Origin: Anthoceros angustus
Taxonomy: Eukaryota > Plantae > Anthocerotophyta
DNA length: 64,000 nucleotides
Assembly (NCBI GenBank): GCA_010909165.1
Contig: MU008160.1
Coordinates: forward strand, 2,196,149-2,260,148
Reading direction: 5' to 3'
The translations under genes were made by a program, and so were the position numbers. Shown piece by piece: positions 22,600-33,279 of this stretch. The notes under the pieces are model-generated. The model was not told where the DNA came from. It searched no databases and was given only the letters and a program-made list of their open reading frames with translations. The stretch's first letter is position 1; each line of letters begins with the position of its first letter.

Positions 22600-25410
22600 A
22601 GGTAGTATGTAAGTGAGAGGCCACCGTGTTGACAAAGTAGGCCTTCCAACCCTTTGACACGCATCACACCCTGGATAAATTCCCACACATCCTCTCGCAT
22701 TGTAGCCCACCGTAAGCTTGCATCCAAGACCTTCTTCACGGTGATTTGCGTCGAAACCACCAGCCTCTTCTCGCATGTAAAGCTCGTGACCAAACAGCTT
22801 CTCTAGTTTCCAGACATCGCCGAATCTTCGTCTGGACCAAGCTTATACAAGACCCCATCTCGTAGGCAATAAGGGGCTGCCTTGTGAAGAAAACAGCTCG
22901 CCCCTCCCTAGACAAACCATCAGGCATGATTCCATGCTCTAGAAATTTTCGTACCTCACCATTCAACAGGTATCTTGGGCATGAACGCCCCTCACGTTCT
23001 AATCTCCTCCTTCCAAGCATACCACGTCGCCTCCTGCTAGCTCGCCCACCAGCAGCCCCAGACGGCGTTGATCCATTCACAAATCCATTTTCTCCCTGCT
23101 TTGTCCATGCTGCAAGTTTCCTAGCCTGCAGCCCGTTTGCATGCTCCTCCTCCATCAACGTTCTGATTTCTTCCATTCCTGCTGGTCTAGCCTCGTGTCC
23201 AGGTCCAGCTCGTGCTCCCATGGCGTCCTCTCGCCTTGCACCTCCATGGCCTCAATGAGTGATTTCCCATGAATCGCCATTTCCTTCTCCCAGCTTTTGC
23301 TCAAGCTTGTCATGGGATGCATCTCCTTCCTCACCGGGCGCACCTACCTCATTAGGGTCGTCTTCCTCGGCCCCATGGCGCCTGGCTTTTGGCCACGGCA
23401 AGTGTAAGCGCCTTTTCTTTTGCTTGAACATGACGCTCCACCCATCCGTGCTGACCATACGCTGCAGGCGCATTCCATGTCACCTCGTTCTTTGCGGGCA
23501 GGCTTTCAAACACTCAGCATCGCCCACGCCTCCCGCATTTGCATACATGTTCACCGTGCAGCTGCCCACAACCACATCCGCTCAAACCTCTCTCGAACAA
23601 AAGCATGTAGCTGGTGCCCGTGTGCAATGCTCCGGCTGCTTCGACCCAGGCCGTGGCAACCAACTCCTCGTCGAAATCGGTCATCCGTGGCTTCAAGTCT
23701 CTCCGCCAGACGAGAAATGAAATCAGCGTTCTGATGCTGTTTCCCTGGCCTAGTTTCCACGTCATAATCAAATTCTTGTAGCAGCAACACCCATCTGGCA
23801 ATCCTTCCTGACAAATCCAGCTTGTTCACAAGGTACTTCAACGCAAAATGGTTGACATGAAGTCAATTTGCAAGCAAGTAGATAGTGTCTAAACTTCTTA
23901 CAGGAGTAGATGATACCAAGACCTTCCCGTTCTGTGGTTGAGTAGTTCTTCTCAGCATTCGTGAGCTGTCTACCGGCATAGAAAATCGGGTGGTCCCGCT
24001 TTCTTCTCGTCCTTCCGGCTTAAGATGGTCCCAATGGCATAAGCGGACACATCCAAGTATACATGAAACGTTTCTCCCATTCGGTGGCTGAACGTGGTGC
24101 GCCACCAGCTGTCCTTCACCGCTGAAAAGCCTCTGCCTTGCGGCCCATTCGAAAGGTGTATCCTTCTTGGTCAATTGTGTCAGCAAGGCTGCCTTCTTAG
24201 CAAAATCCTTGATGAACCTCCTGTAATATCCTACCAATCCTACAAAAGCACGCACCTGCCTCACCGTTTGTGGTGCGTCCATCTCAGCTATAACTGCCAC
24301 CTTCTCCTTATCTACCTGCAATCCTCGTACTGAAACTCGATGTGCCAACAAAATACCTTCCGTCATACCAAAATAACACTTCCCTGGATGAAGTTTCATG
24401 TTGGATTCCCTGCACTTCTGAAAACACTGCCTTAGGTGCTCTAGGTGCAACTTCCTCCTCCCAAACACGCAAAAATCATCCAGAAATACCTCCATGAACT
24501 TCCGTAAGAAATCTCGGAAGATAGCATTCACCACACGCTGGTGGCGTGGAGCGTGCACAACCCGAAGGCAGCTTGGAATAAGCGTAAGTGCCCCAACTGT
24601 TGTGAATGTAGTCTTGTCTGATCCTCCCTCCTCAACGAAACTGATTGTAACCCGAGTAATTGCTAGAAAATCAGACATTTCATGTCCACCACCGTGGTTC
24701 AAAGACGTCCATGAAAGGCAAGGGGTGGTGGTCCTTCTTCGTTGCTTCATTAAGCTTCCTGAAATCTTGACACACCCGAACCTTCCCCTGTTGCTTCTTG
24801 GGTACAATCACGATGGGAGCAACCCACTCACTGGTAAGCACCGGATAAATCACCCCGGCTTCCAAGTATTGGTCCAGCTGATCCTTGACGACCATAGAAT
24901 ACTTGGGATTCAGCCTGTATTGCTTGATCCTTACAGGAGTGCTGCCCTCCTTCAAATCGATTCGATGTATCCCAGTTCTTCCGGAATTCCTGTCATGTCA
25001 GTAATCTTGAAGGCAAACACATCGACATATTCTCCGAGGACCCTACGAAACTCTTCGCTTTCTACCACTCCTAGGTGCGGAGATCTTGACCACCTTGCTG
25101 GGCTCTAGCTCCAAGTCCTCTACCGCGTCTGGATCTACATAAGTCCCTTGATTGCTGCACTATTCCCTGATCCTTCGTCGGGAAAATCGCGATCATAGGC
25201 TCTACCCTTCCAGAAGGCTACTCCTTCTATGTGCTCCTCGGCTCCTCCTCGACACCACCATCTACTTCTAGGCGGTGTACACCAACCAGTTTTATTGCTG
25301 CCACCTCAAGCGGGTCCTCGGTGGCTCGGTCGAAGAGCTTACCCCCGTACTACCCGAGGTGTACCCATCGGACTCCCTTCATAGGGTGCCTTACTCCATG
25401 ACACAAATAT
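22600..25410 (-). mobile_element. Ty3/gypsy (Athila/OTA-like) pol: post-protease linker, RT, RNase H, ~0.68-kb insert, integrase zinc-binding domain; truncated before the integrase core
   Basis: PVRIKQYRLNP, SEWVAPIVIVPKK, DFRKLNEATKKDHHPLPF, VFLDDF, AFVGLVGYYRRFIKDFA, GRIARWVLLLQEFDY, CDACQRVG. Domain order RT-RH-INT. Confidence 0.93.
23410..23655 (-). other. PLS-class pentatricopeptide repeat fragment (end of L, one S, start of P motif) inside the gypsy pol
   Basis: Minus-strand frames: SIAHGHQLHAFVRE / ADVVVGSCTVNMYA / KCGR / VFESLPAKNEVTWNA..AAYGQHGW; needs several single-base frame corrections. Confidence 0.8.
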
Positions 25411-27104
25411 ATCCTTAAATAATAATAATTAACAGCAATAATTAATTAACAGCAAGGTGTCTATCACGGCGCCAGGGGACCCCTGACCCACACATAATTT
25501 GTCCTTACTCCTAAGACCACTCTTCTGAGGGGCGCCCTCTTACTTGCGGTTGGGATTCGTCCCTTAGGCTGCACACTGTGGCCTCCGCTTTTCCTACACT
25601 CTAATTCTCCTCTCACAACTCTCTCAATCAACGCCCTCTTCTTCTCTACTCATCTAACCTTCCTTCCTCCACAATCTCCTACTCTAACACCAATTGCTGG
25701 CTCATTAATTCCAACTCGCCCTTACGCACAGCTGGCTGCACAGGGTCGTCAGGAAGTGAGTTCTTCCTTGGGCGGTTGCTATGTGGTTTGCAGACGGCGA
25801 GAACCTCCGAGTCTTTCCTGCAGTCTACCCTCAAGCCGAGAGTTCCTTGAGCATCGCCACACACTCAAAGCAAAACAATTCACACGGCAACCATTCACAA
25901 GGGAGGCGGCTAGCGGGCGCTGCAAAGAGCAAGCCCTCACCCGGCACTCCGGCGTTCTCCTCTCTACCGGACCTGCGTTGGCTTGCGGCCCGAAATTCAC
26001 ACAAAGTGAAGGACTCGGGAGGATGGGAGCGCAAGACACGATAATTTTACTTCAAGCTCCCTCCTTTTATAGGGAGGTCCTCACATGACCTCCCACAGCG
26101 CCCTCACAGCGGCCTCACTCCGGATCTACATAAGTCCCTTCCGGACTGCTACCTGCACTATTCCCTGATCCTTCGTCGGGAAAATCGCGATCATAGGCTC
26201 TACCCTTCCAGAAGGCTACTCCTTCTCTATGTGCCTCGTCCTCTGACTCCTCCTCTACGACACCATCTACTTGTAGGCAGGTGTACACCAACTCAGATTT
26301 TATTGCTGCCACCTCAACTGAGGGTCCTCGGTAAGCTCGGTCACCGCCCGAAGAGCTCACCCCCGTACTACCCGAGGTGTACACCTGATCGAAGCGCGGA
26401 CTCCCTTCATAGGGTGCCTTACTCCATGACACAAATATATCCTTAAATAATAATAATTAACAGCAATAATTAATTAGCAAGGTGTCTATCACGGCGCCTG
26501 GGGACCCCTGACCCACACCGCAATTTGTCCTTACTCCTAAGACCACTCTTCCCACACAGGAGCGCCTCTCTGCAGATTTGGGATCTGCCCCCTGGTCGGC
26601 CTGTGGCCTCCGCTTTTCCTACACTCTAATCCTCCTCACAACTCTCTCAATCAACAACGCCCTTCTTCTCTACTCATCTACCTTCCTTCCTCCACAATCT
26701 CCTACTCTAACACCAATTGCTGGCTCATTAATTCCAACTCGCCCTTACGGCACAATCATGGGTCCGTCCGAAATTAACGAGTTCTTCCTTGGGCGGTTGC
26801 TATGTGGTTTGTACTGCAATGAGAACCTCCAGGAGTCTTCCCAGTCTACCCTCAAGCCGAGAGTTCCTTGAGCGCCACACACTCAAAGCAAAACAATTCA
26901 CAAAGAACCATTCACAAGGAGCAGCAGTGCGCACCAAAGAGCAAGCCCTCCACCCAAAGACTCCGACCGGCTCCTCTCTACCAGAGACGCGCTGGCTTTG
27001 CAGACGAAATTCCCCGCACAAAGTGAAGGACTCAGGAGGATGGGAGCGCAAGACACGATAATTTTACTTCACAAGCTCCCTCCTTTTATAGGGAGGTCCT
27101 CACA
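25131..27104. repeat. ~1-kb tandem duplication (25131-26121 / 26122-27104) of pol linker plus truncated G2 LTR
   Basis: GGATCTACATAAGTCCC at 25131 and 26122; block 2 has a single copy (~50690-51669). Confidence 0.85.
25450..26085 (-). mobile_element. Gypsy G LTR, subfamily G2, lacking ~180 bp at its 3' (U5) end; second copy ~26468-27104
   Basis: Homologous to ~11969-12586; starts TGTGAGG on the minus strand; preceded by PPT-like AGGGGGAGG at the 27104 copy. Confidence 0.75.
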
Positions 27105-27545
27105 TACAGCCTCCCCCTGGCGCGCCCTCCTGGCACTGCCTCACTCCTTATTTTAGTGTATCCTATTGTCAGACTTTAAGTTCTGACATCCAAGCATCTT
27201 GGGTAAAATTCTATTCTAGCAAAATTCACCTATGTGAGCCTTAATGGCTCCTGCCAACATTCCTATCTAGCTAGTCAACACACTCTACTGGGCTGACAAG
27301 CATTAATGCCTGTCCTCCTCTAAAGAAAAGTCTTCCCAAGTGGCATCTTGTCCCATGTCTTCAAGCTAATTTAAGGACTTCTTATGAATCCCTTCCTTAT
27401 CTTGATGCCTATCTTGAGTTCCTTCCTCCAATAAAATAGCCGGGCTCTCTTAGCCACCGGCTCATCCTCGCCTCCTCTTCCTCTCACTTGTGGAGCAAGT
27501 GAGCTCCTTGCTCCTGCACCCATGTTAGGAGGTTGGTCTTCTCCT
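27105..27545 (-). mobile_element. G2 3' UTR with PPT in the canonical orientation
   Basis: Minus strand reads ...CCAGGGGGAGGCTGTA|TGTGAGG; the segment is the reverse complement of 12587-13022. Confidence 0.75.
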
Positions 27546-30500
27546 TGTGATTCTTGCTCCATTCTGCAAGATCAACCCCTCTTCCTTCTTTCTGCAAGGG
27601 CCAAGGTACTCGCCTCCTTGCCATCAAATCCATGCTAGCAGCCTTGACCTGCTTCTTCCGCCTCCTACCATGGTAGGACCTTCTCCTACCACGGAACTCC
27701 TCCTACCACGGTAGGAGTTCCCACCGGGTGTTTCTTCTTCCTTACCCCTTCACGGGTGATTCTCTCCACTGCAGCTTCTCCCCTTCACTCGCTTCTCCAC
27801 AGTGCGAAGTTTCTCCACCCTTGGGACACTCTCCAAGTCTAAGGCTTCCGGTTGGACTTGCATGAGGGCCTCCCCTATCATCGTCATGAGGTCCCAACAT
27901 CCTCCTTTCAGCAAGTCAACTCGTTAGTGGCCTTGAGCACCTTGTTGTGAAGATGGGCTGCAAATCGTTGTTGTGCCATCTCCAATTCTTCGTAATCCTC
28001 AAGCCATACTCCATGCTCACACTTGCTTTTGTAAGCATCTCGCTCAAGGCCAGCTCACGGTCTTGACATGGAGCCACATTCTCCGTCCTCTCATTCTGCA
28101 GTTGGCGGATCAATCTTTCTTGTAGGGCGTAATCAGCCCGAAATCTCTGCTCCCTCACCGCCAACATATGCTGCACAACCGCCTCATGCGGCCTTTCTCC
28201 TTTGCCCTTTCTTCCTCCAACTCCCCTATCCTCCTAGGGAGTTGTGCATTCTCCCGTTGCTGGACTTCTCGTTCCATTTCCAATCTTTGGACAAAATGTG
28301 TCCGTTCTTCCCGCTCTTCTTCCTTCAATTCCAGCCTCGTGATTCTCCCAGCTCCTTTTCCATGTCACTAATCTTCACGGCTGTGTGGCTATGACCCGCT
28401 CATGTGCGCCTACTTGCCTTTGTGTTGCCCTCATTCTGCAGATTGCTCTCGTCTTGACCTTTCCTCCATTAGCAGCACTTGCTTGTCTTCCGCCTTCTTT
28501 TCCATGTCGCACCATGTGAGCAAGTTGCTCCACCTTCTCCTCTCGAGCTGCCAATTGCTTGGTAAGAGCCTTGTTCTCCGAATATGATGGTTTGTTGCCT
28601 TGTCTCAAGACTCTTTTCCAAGTGCTCCACTTGAGCTTCCATCCTCATAACATCCTCCACCTTTTGGGTTTCCGCCGCCTACCGCAATTTCCCTTGCTTG
28701 GTAGGTCCTTGTCTTCTCGCCTCCGTCTTCAAGAATTCAACTCTCCTCTTGGCGGCTCCTATGTCTACCTTCTGAACATCTCCCCTGTCGCATCTCCTCC
28801 AACATGTCTAAGTCTCCTTTCTTACCTCCGGGAGACTCAAGGCCTTTGCCTTGCTCATGGGATCTTACATCCCTTGCTTCCCTATGATGAGCTCCCGCTC
28901 ACTGCTCCCCCGTGCGAAGTTTCTTCACCTTGCTTGGGACACTCTCCAAGTCTAAGGCTTCCGTTGGACTTGCATGAGGGCCTCCCCTATCATCGTCATG
29001 AGGTCCCAACATCCTCCTTTCAGCAAGTCGCAACAACTCGTTAGTGGCCTTGAGCACCTTGTTGTGAAGATGGGCTGCAAATCGTTGTTGTGCCATCTCC
29101 AATTCTTCGTAATCCTCAAGCCATACTCCATGCTCACACTTGCTTTTGTAAGCATCTCGCCCAAGGCCAGCTCACGGTCTTGACATGGAGCCACATTCTC
29201 CGTCCTCTCATTACCGTTGGCGGATCAATCTCTTGTAGGGCATAATCAGCCAAATCTCGCCTCCCTCACCGCCAACATATCTCTTTCCGCCTCATGACGG
29301 CCTTTCTCCTTTGCCATTTCTTCCTCCAACTCCCCTATCCTCCTAGGGAGTTGTGCATTCTCCGTTCTTGGACTTCTCGTTCCATTTCCAATCTTTGGAC
29401 AAAATGTGTCCGTTCTTCCAGCTCTTCTTCCTTCAATTCCAGCCTCGTGATTCTCCCAGCTCCTTTTCCATGTCACTAATCTTCACTGTGTGGCTATGAC
29501 CCGCTCATGTGCGCCTACTTGCCTTTGTGTTGCCCTCATTCTGCGGTGCTCTCGTCTTGACCTTTCCTCCATTAGCAGCACTTGCTTGTCTTCCGCCTTC
29601 TTTTCCATGTGCACCATGTGAGCAAGTTGCTCCACCTTCTCCTCTCGAGCTGCCAATTGCTTGGTAAGAGCCTTGTTCTCCGAATATGATGGTTTGCCTC
29701 CTGTTGCCTTGTCTCAAGACTCTTTTCCAAGTGCTCCACTTGAGCTTCCATCCTCATAACATCCTCCTGCATTTGGGTTTCCGCTCGCCTACCGCAATTT
29801 CCCTTGCTTGGTAGGTCCTTGTCTTCACTCCGTCTTCAAGAATTCAACTCTCCTCTTGGCGGCTCCTATGTCTACCTTCTTGAACATCTCCCCTATGCAG
29901 CATCTCCTCCAACATGTCTAAGTCTCCTTTCTTACCTCCGGGAGACTCAAGGCCTTTGCCTTGCTCATGGGATCTTACATCCCTTGCTTCCCTATGAGCT
30001 CCCGCTCACTGCTCCCCCGTGCGAAGTTTCTTCACCTTGCTTGGGACACTCTCCAAGTCTAAGGCTTCCGTTGGACTTGCATGAGGGCCTCCCCTATCAT
30101 CATCATGAGGTCCCAACATCCTCCTTTCAGCAAGTCGCAACAACTCGTTAGTGGCCTTGAGCACCTTGTTGTGAAGATGGGCTGCAAATCGTTGTTGTGC
30201 CATCTCCAATTCTTCGTAATCCTCAAGCCATACTCCATGCTCACACTTGCTTTTGTAAGCATCTCGCCCAAGGCCAGCTCACCGCCTTGACATGGAGAGC
30301 CACATTCTCCGTCCTCATTCTGCATTGGCGGATCAATCTCTTGTAGGGCATAATCAGCCAAATCTCGCCTCCCTCACCGCCAACATATGCCGCACCACCG
30401 CCTCATGACGGCCTTTCTCCTTTGCCATTTCTTCCTCCAACTCCCCTATCCTCCTAGGGAGTTGTGCATTCTCCGCTCTGGACTTCTGCTCCATTTCCAA

Positions 30501-32324
30501 TCTTTGGACAAAATGTGTCCGTTCTTCCAGCTCTTCTTCCTTCAATTCCAGCCTCCGGCGGATTTCTCCCAGCTCCTTTTCCATGTCACTAATCTTCACA
30601 GCCTGTGTGGCTATGACCCGCTCATGTGCGCCTACTTGCCTTTGTGCTGCCCTCATTTGCTGCAGAGATTGCTCTCGTCTTGACCTTTCCTCCATTAGCA
30701 GCACTTGCTTGTCTTCTGCCTTCTTTTCCCATGTGCGCACCATGTGAGCAAGTTGCTCCACCTTCTCCTCTCGAGCTGCCAATTGCTTGGTAAGAGCCTT
30801 GTTCTCCCGAATATGATGGTTTGCTCCTGCCTTGTTTCAAGACTCTTTCCAAGTGCTCCACTTGAGCCTCCATCCTCATAACATCCTCCCGCTGGGTTTC
30901 CGCCGCCTACCCGCAATTTCCCTTGCTTGGTAGGTCCTTGTCTTCCGCCTCCGCCTTCAAGAATTCAACTCTCCTCTTGGCGGCTCCTATGTCTACCTTG
31001 CTGAACATCTCCCCTATGCGCATCTCCTCCAACATGTCCAAGTCTCCTTTCTTACCTCCGGGAGACTCAAGGCCTTTGCCTTGCTCATGGGATCTTACAT
31101 CCCTTGCTTCCCTATGATGAGCTCCCGCTCATCACTTGGTGGGGCAACTCCTCCCACCGTGACTCCATCCGCCGCCCACCTAACGGGCCGGTTGCCTTCT
31201 TATCTCCCTTGGGAGCTTCCAAACCGTGACTTCCTTTCCTCCTACCGTGGTAGGACTAATTCCCACCGTGAGGTGGTCTTGTCATGAGAGGACGAAGGGG
31301 TCCCAAACCACCGTGGGAACACCTCCCACCTCGCAGGCGGATTCCCGCCATGGTAGGATCTATCCTACCTTCCATCTCCGCATCCTCCGCGGTCCAAACT
31401 TCAAATCCCCTACAACTTCTCCTTGCAAGTCCTCCCGCACATCCTCCGCCTATCTTTGGAGGGATTCCTTCCGAATAATGTCCGTGGTGCTGGCACCTCC
31501 TTTAGCAAAGCACCAAGCACTCGCCCCTCCCCGGCCGGTAAGTACACAATGTTAAAGGGATGCTTGGAATCATCCAACTCCTTACTTGTGAGTAGCCCTC
31601 TACTTCCCACAAATGCACTAGATAAGTGCTAAGATAGCACGGCCTTGGACCTCTTCATCCGACGTTGGGTTTCAAAGAACTTTTCCGGTGGTAGGTGTAT
31701 GCTTCATACATGATGAGCCCCAATCCGCTTCGCTCCTTGAGTGATCTTCCACAAATGGAGGAAGGTAGTGCTGAATATGACACCCTTGGATTGCTCACCA
31801 AGCCCAAAACAATTCTTGTGAACAATCTCCACTTGGGCTCCAAGATTTGGTCCATCCGCCAACCGCTCTTGGACTTAGCCTTCATGCCCCTTGCATAAGT
31901 GGGGCTCCCTTGGGAAGATCCGCTGATGCACGCTTGCCTCCACTCGTTCCTTCCATCAACGTGATTCCGCTATCCTCGCTATCCGCCAGCCATATACCGC
32001 GATGCTCCTTACGGTCCAACACCGTGGATCCGTCTGCGTTCCTATCCGTAAGGCAGCCAATTCCTCTTCCGTCTGCTGCAAATTAGCAAAACACTCCTCT
32101 ATCAATTCAAGGTTGGTGTAAGACCAATGTCGACCCATTCTAGCTGAATATTCTCTCGCTGCCCAAGGTCGAAAGTCGAAAGGTCTCTAGAGGACAATCG
32201 CTCGCATAGCATGTGAACTGCGGCATGTCAAAGCCGATCCTCCGCCTTAGACCTCTTACCCGCCCGCACCACCTCCCTTGGTGGACGCTCCTTCCTTGGC
32301 TACTACCTCCTTGCCCTTGGTCAT
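27546..32324 (-). pseudogene. Extra (non gag-pol) ORF of gypsy family G, roughly 800 aa after removing two ~1.1-kb duplications; frameshifted
   Basis: Candidate start MTKGKEVVAKEGAS at 32324; WSYTNLELIEECFANL; EPKWRLFTRIVLGLVSNPR; coiled coil AAREEKVEQLAHMV...ELKEEELEERTHFVQRLE. Copy at 52102-55448. Confidence 0.65.
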
Positions 32325-33270
32325 GGCCTCGTGGAACGCAAAAAGTTTGGGCAACTAGCTTAAATGAGTTCGTTTGAAACAGCCCATACTCTTTGCTAGG
32401 AATGGTTTGGTGAAGACATGCAAGGAAATTTTTGCTCCTTTTGAGCGGAGTTGTAGGACCATGTCGGAAGGCGAGAGGATATGCAGGAAAAGAAACGGGT
32501 CAAACGACCTATTGGTGAGGAGAAAGGTAACCTACATGAGTGGTAGGAGGTGTCCTACCACCGTAGGAGAAACTCCTACCATGGTAGACGAGGGTAGGAG
32601 AGATCCTACCACCATAGGAGAATGACCCTGCTAGTGTTTTGATCACCTACCAGTGTAGGAATAGCTCCTACCATGGTAGGAGAGGGTAGGAAGGTATCCT
32701 ACCGCCGTAGGAGTAACTCAAGAGAATTGAGGACTTGCTCAAAGGATCTTATACATTGATTATCATAATAGAAAGTACATTGAGTTTATATGAAGTAGGT
32801 GGTTATAGGTTGTTGTAACCAATTAACCATAAATAACTAAAGCAACTACTTCTAACCCTAAGAATTAATTAATTATTAATTCTAGGGATTTATAGGAGCC
32901 CTAATGAATAGTGCCCTAATATGCGAAGTATTTCATCACTCCCACTCACTATGAAGTAGGGGTAAAGACTAGCTATCCAATAAGCTAAGTAGCTAAGGAG
33001 AACTCCCACTTATTGAGAAATAGGGCCTAAAAAGTTGAAATGAAAACTTGAACTGAAAATACATTTCATCGTTATTGCCTCCATAATAAAGTTGAAATAA
33101 CTAGCCTTGATAACGGGCTGTAAATATGGCATAAGTAAATATCACTGAAAAATATGGTCTTCAATTTAATGAATATAAGGATAAGGCCATATTCCTCCAA
33201 CCACTAAAAGCAGTGTATGTGAAACCCGTCTCCATCCACTAGTTGTTGCTTCATTCGACAAGGGCAAGCA
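32325..33270. repeat. Non-coding segment upstream of the extra ORF, with CCTACC-NN-GGTAGG palindrome clusters and an AT-rich tract
   Basis: Repeated at ~55449-56400 and in part at ~62805-63250; perfect 18-bp palindrome CTCCTACCATGGTAGGAG at 32665-32682. Confidence 0.7.
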
Positions 33271-33279
33271 AGAGCTATG

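Noticed and set aside
22975-23655. Archaeal-type RNase H (Tat hallmark) between RNase H and integrase
   Set aside because: No DG.S.GNPG-like motif or other RNase H catalytic residues in any frame; part of the segment matches PPR instead.
25462-25475. TGGCGCCG on the minus strand as an Athila tRNA-Asp primer-binding site
   Set aside because: Lies inside LTR-homologous sequence and reads GGGCGCCCGTG in other copies, so it is not a conserved PBS.
26115-26432. ORF MSWSKAPYEG... as gag
   Set aside because: No gag or zinc-knuckle motifs; it runs directly into the pre-RT linker, so it is post-protease sequence.
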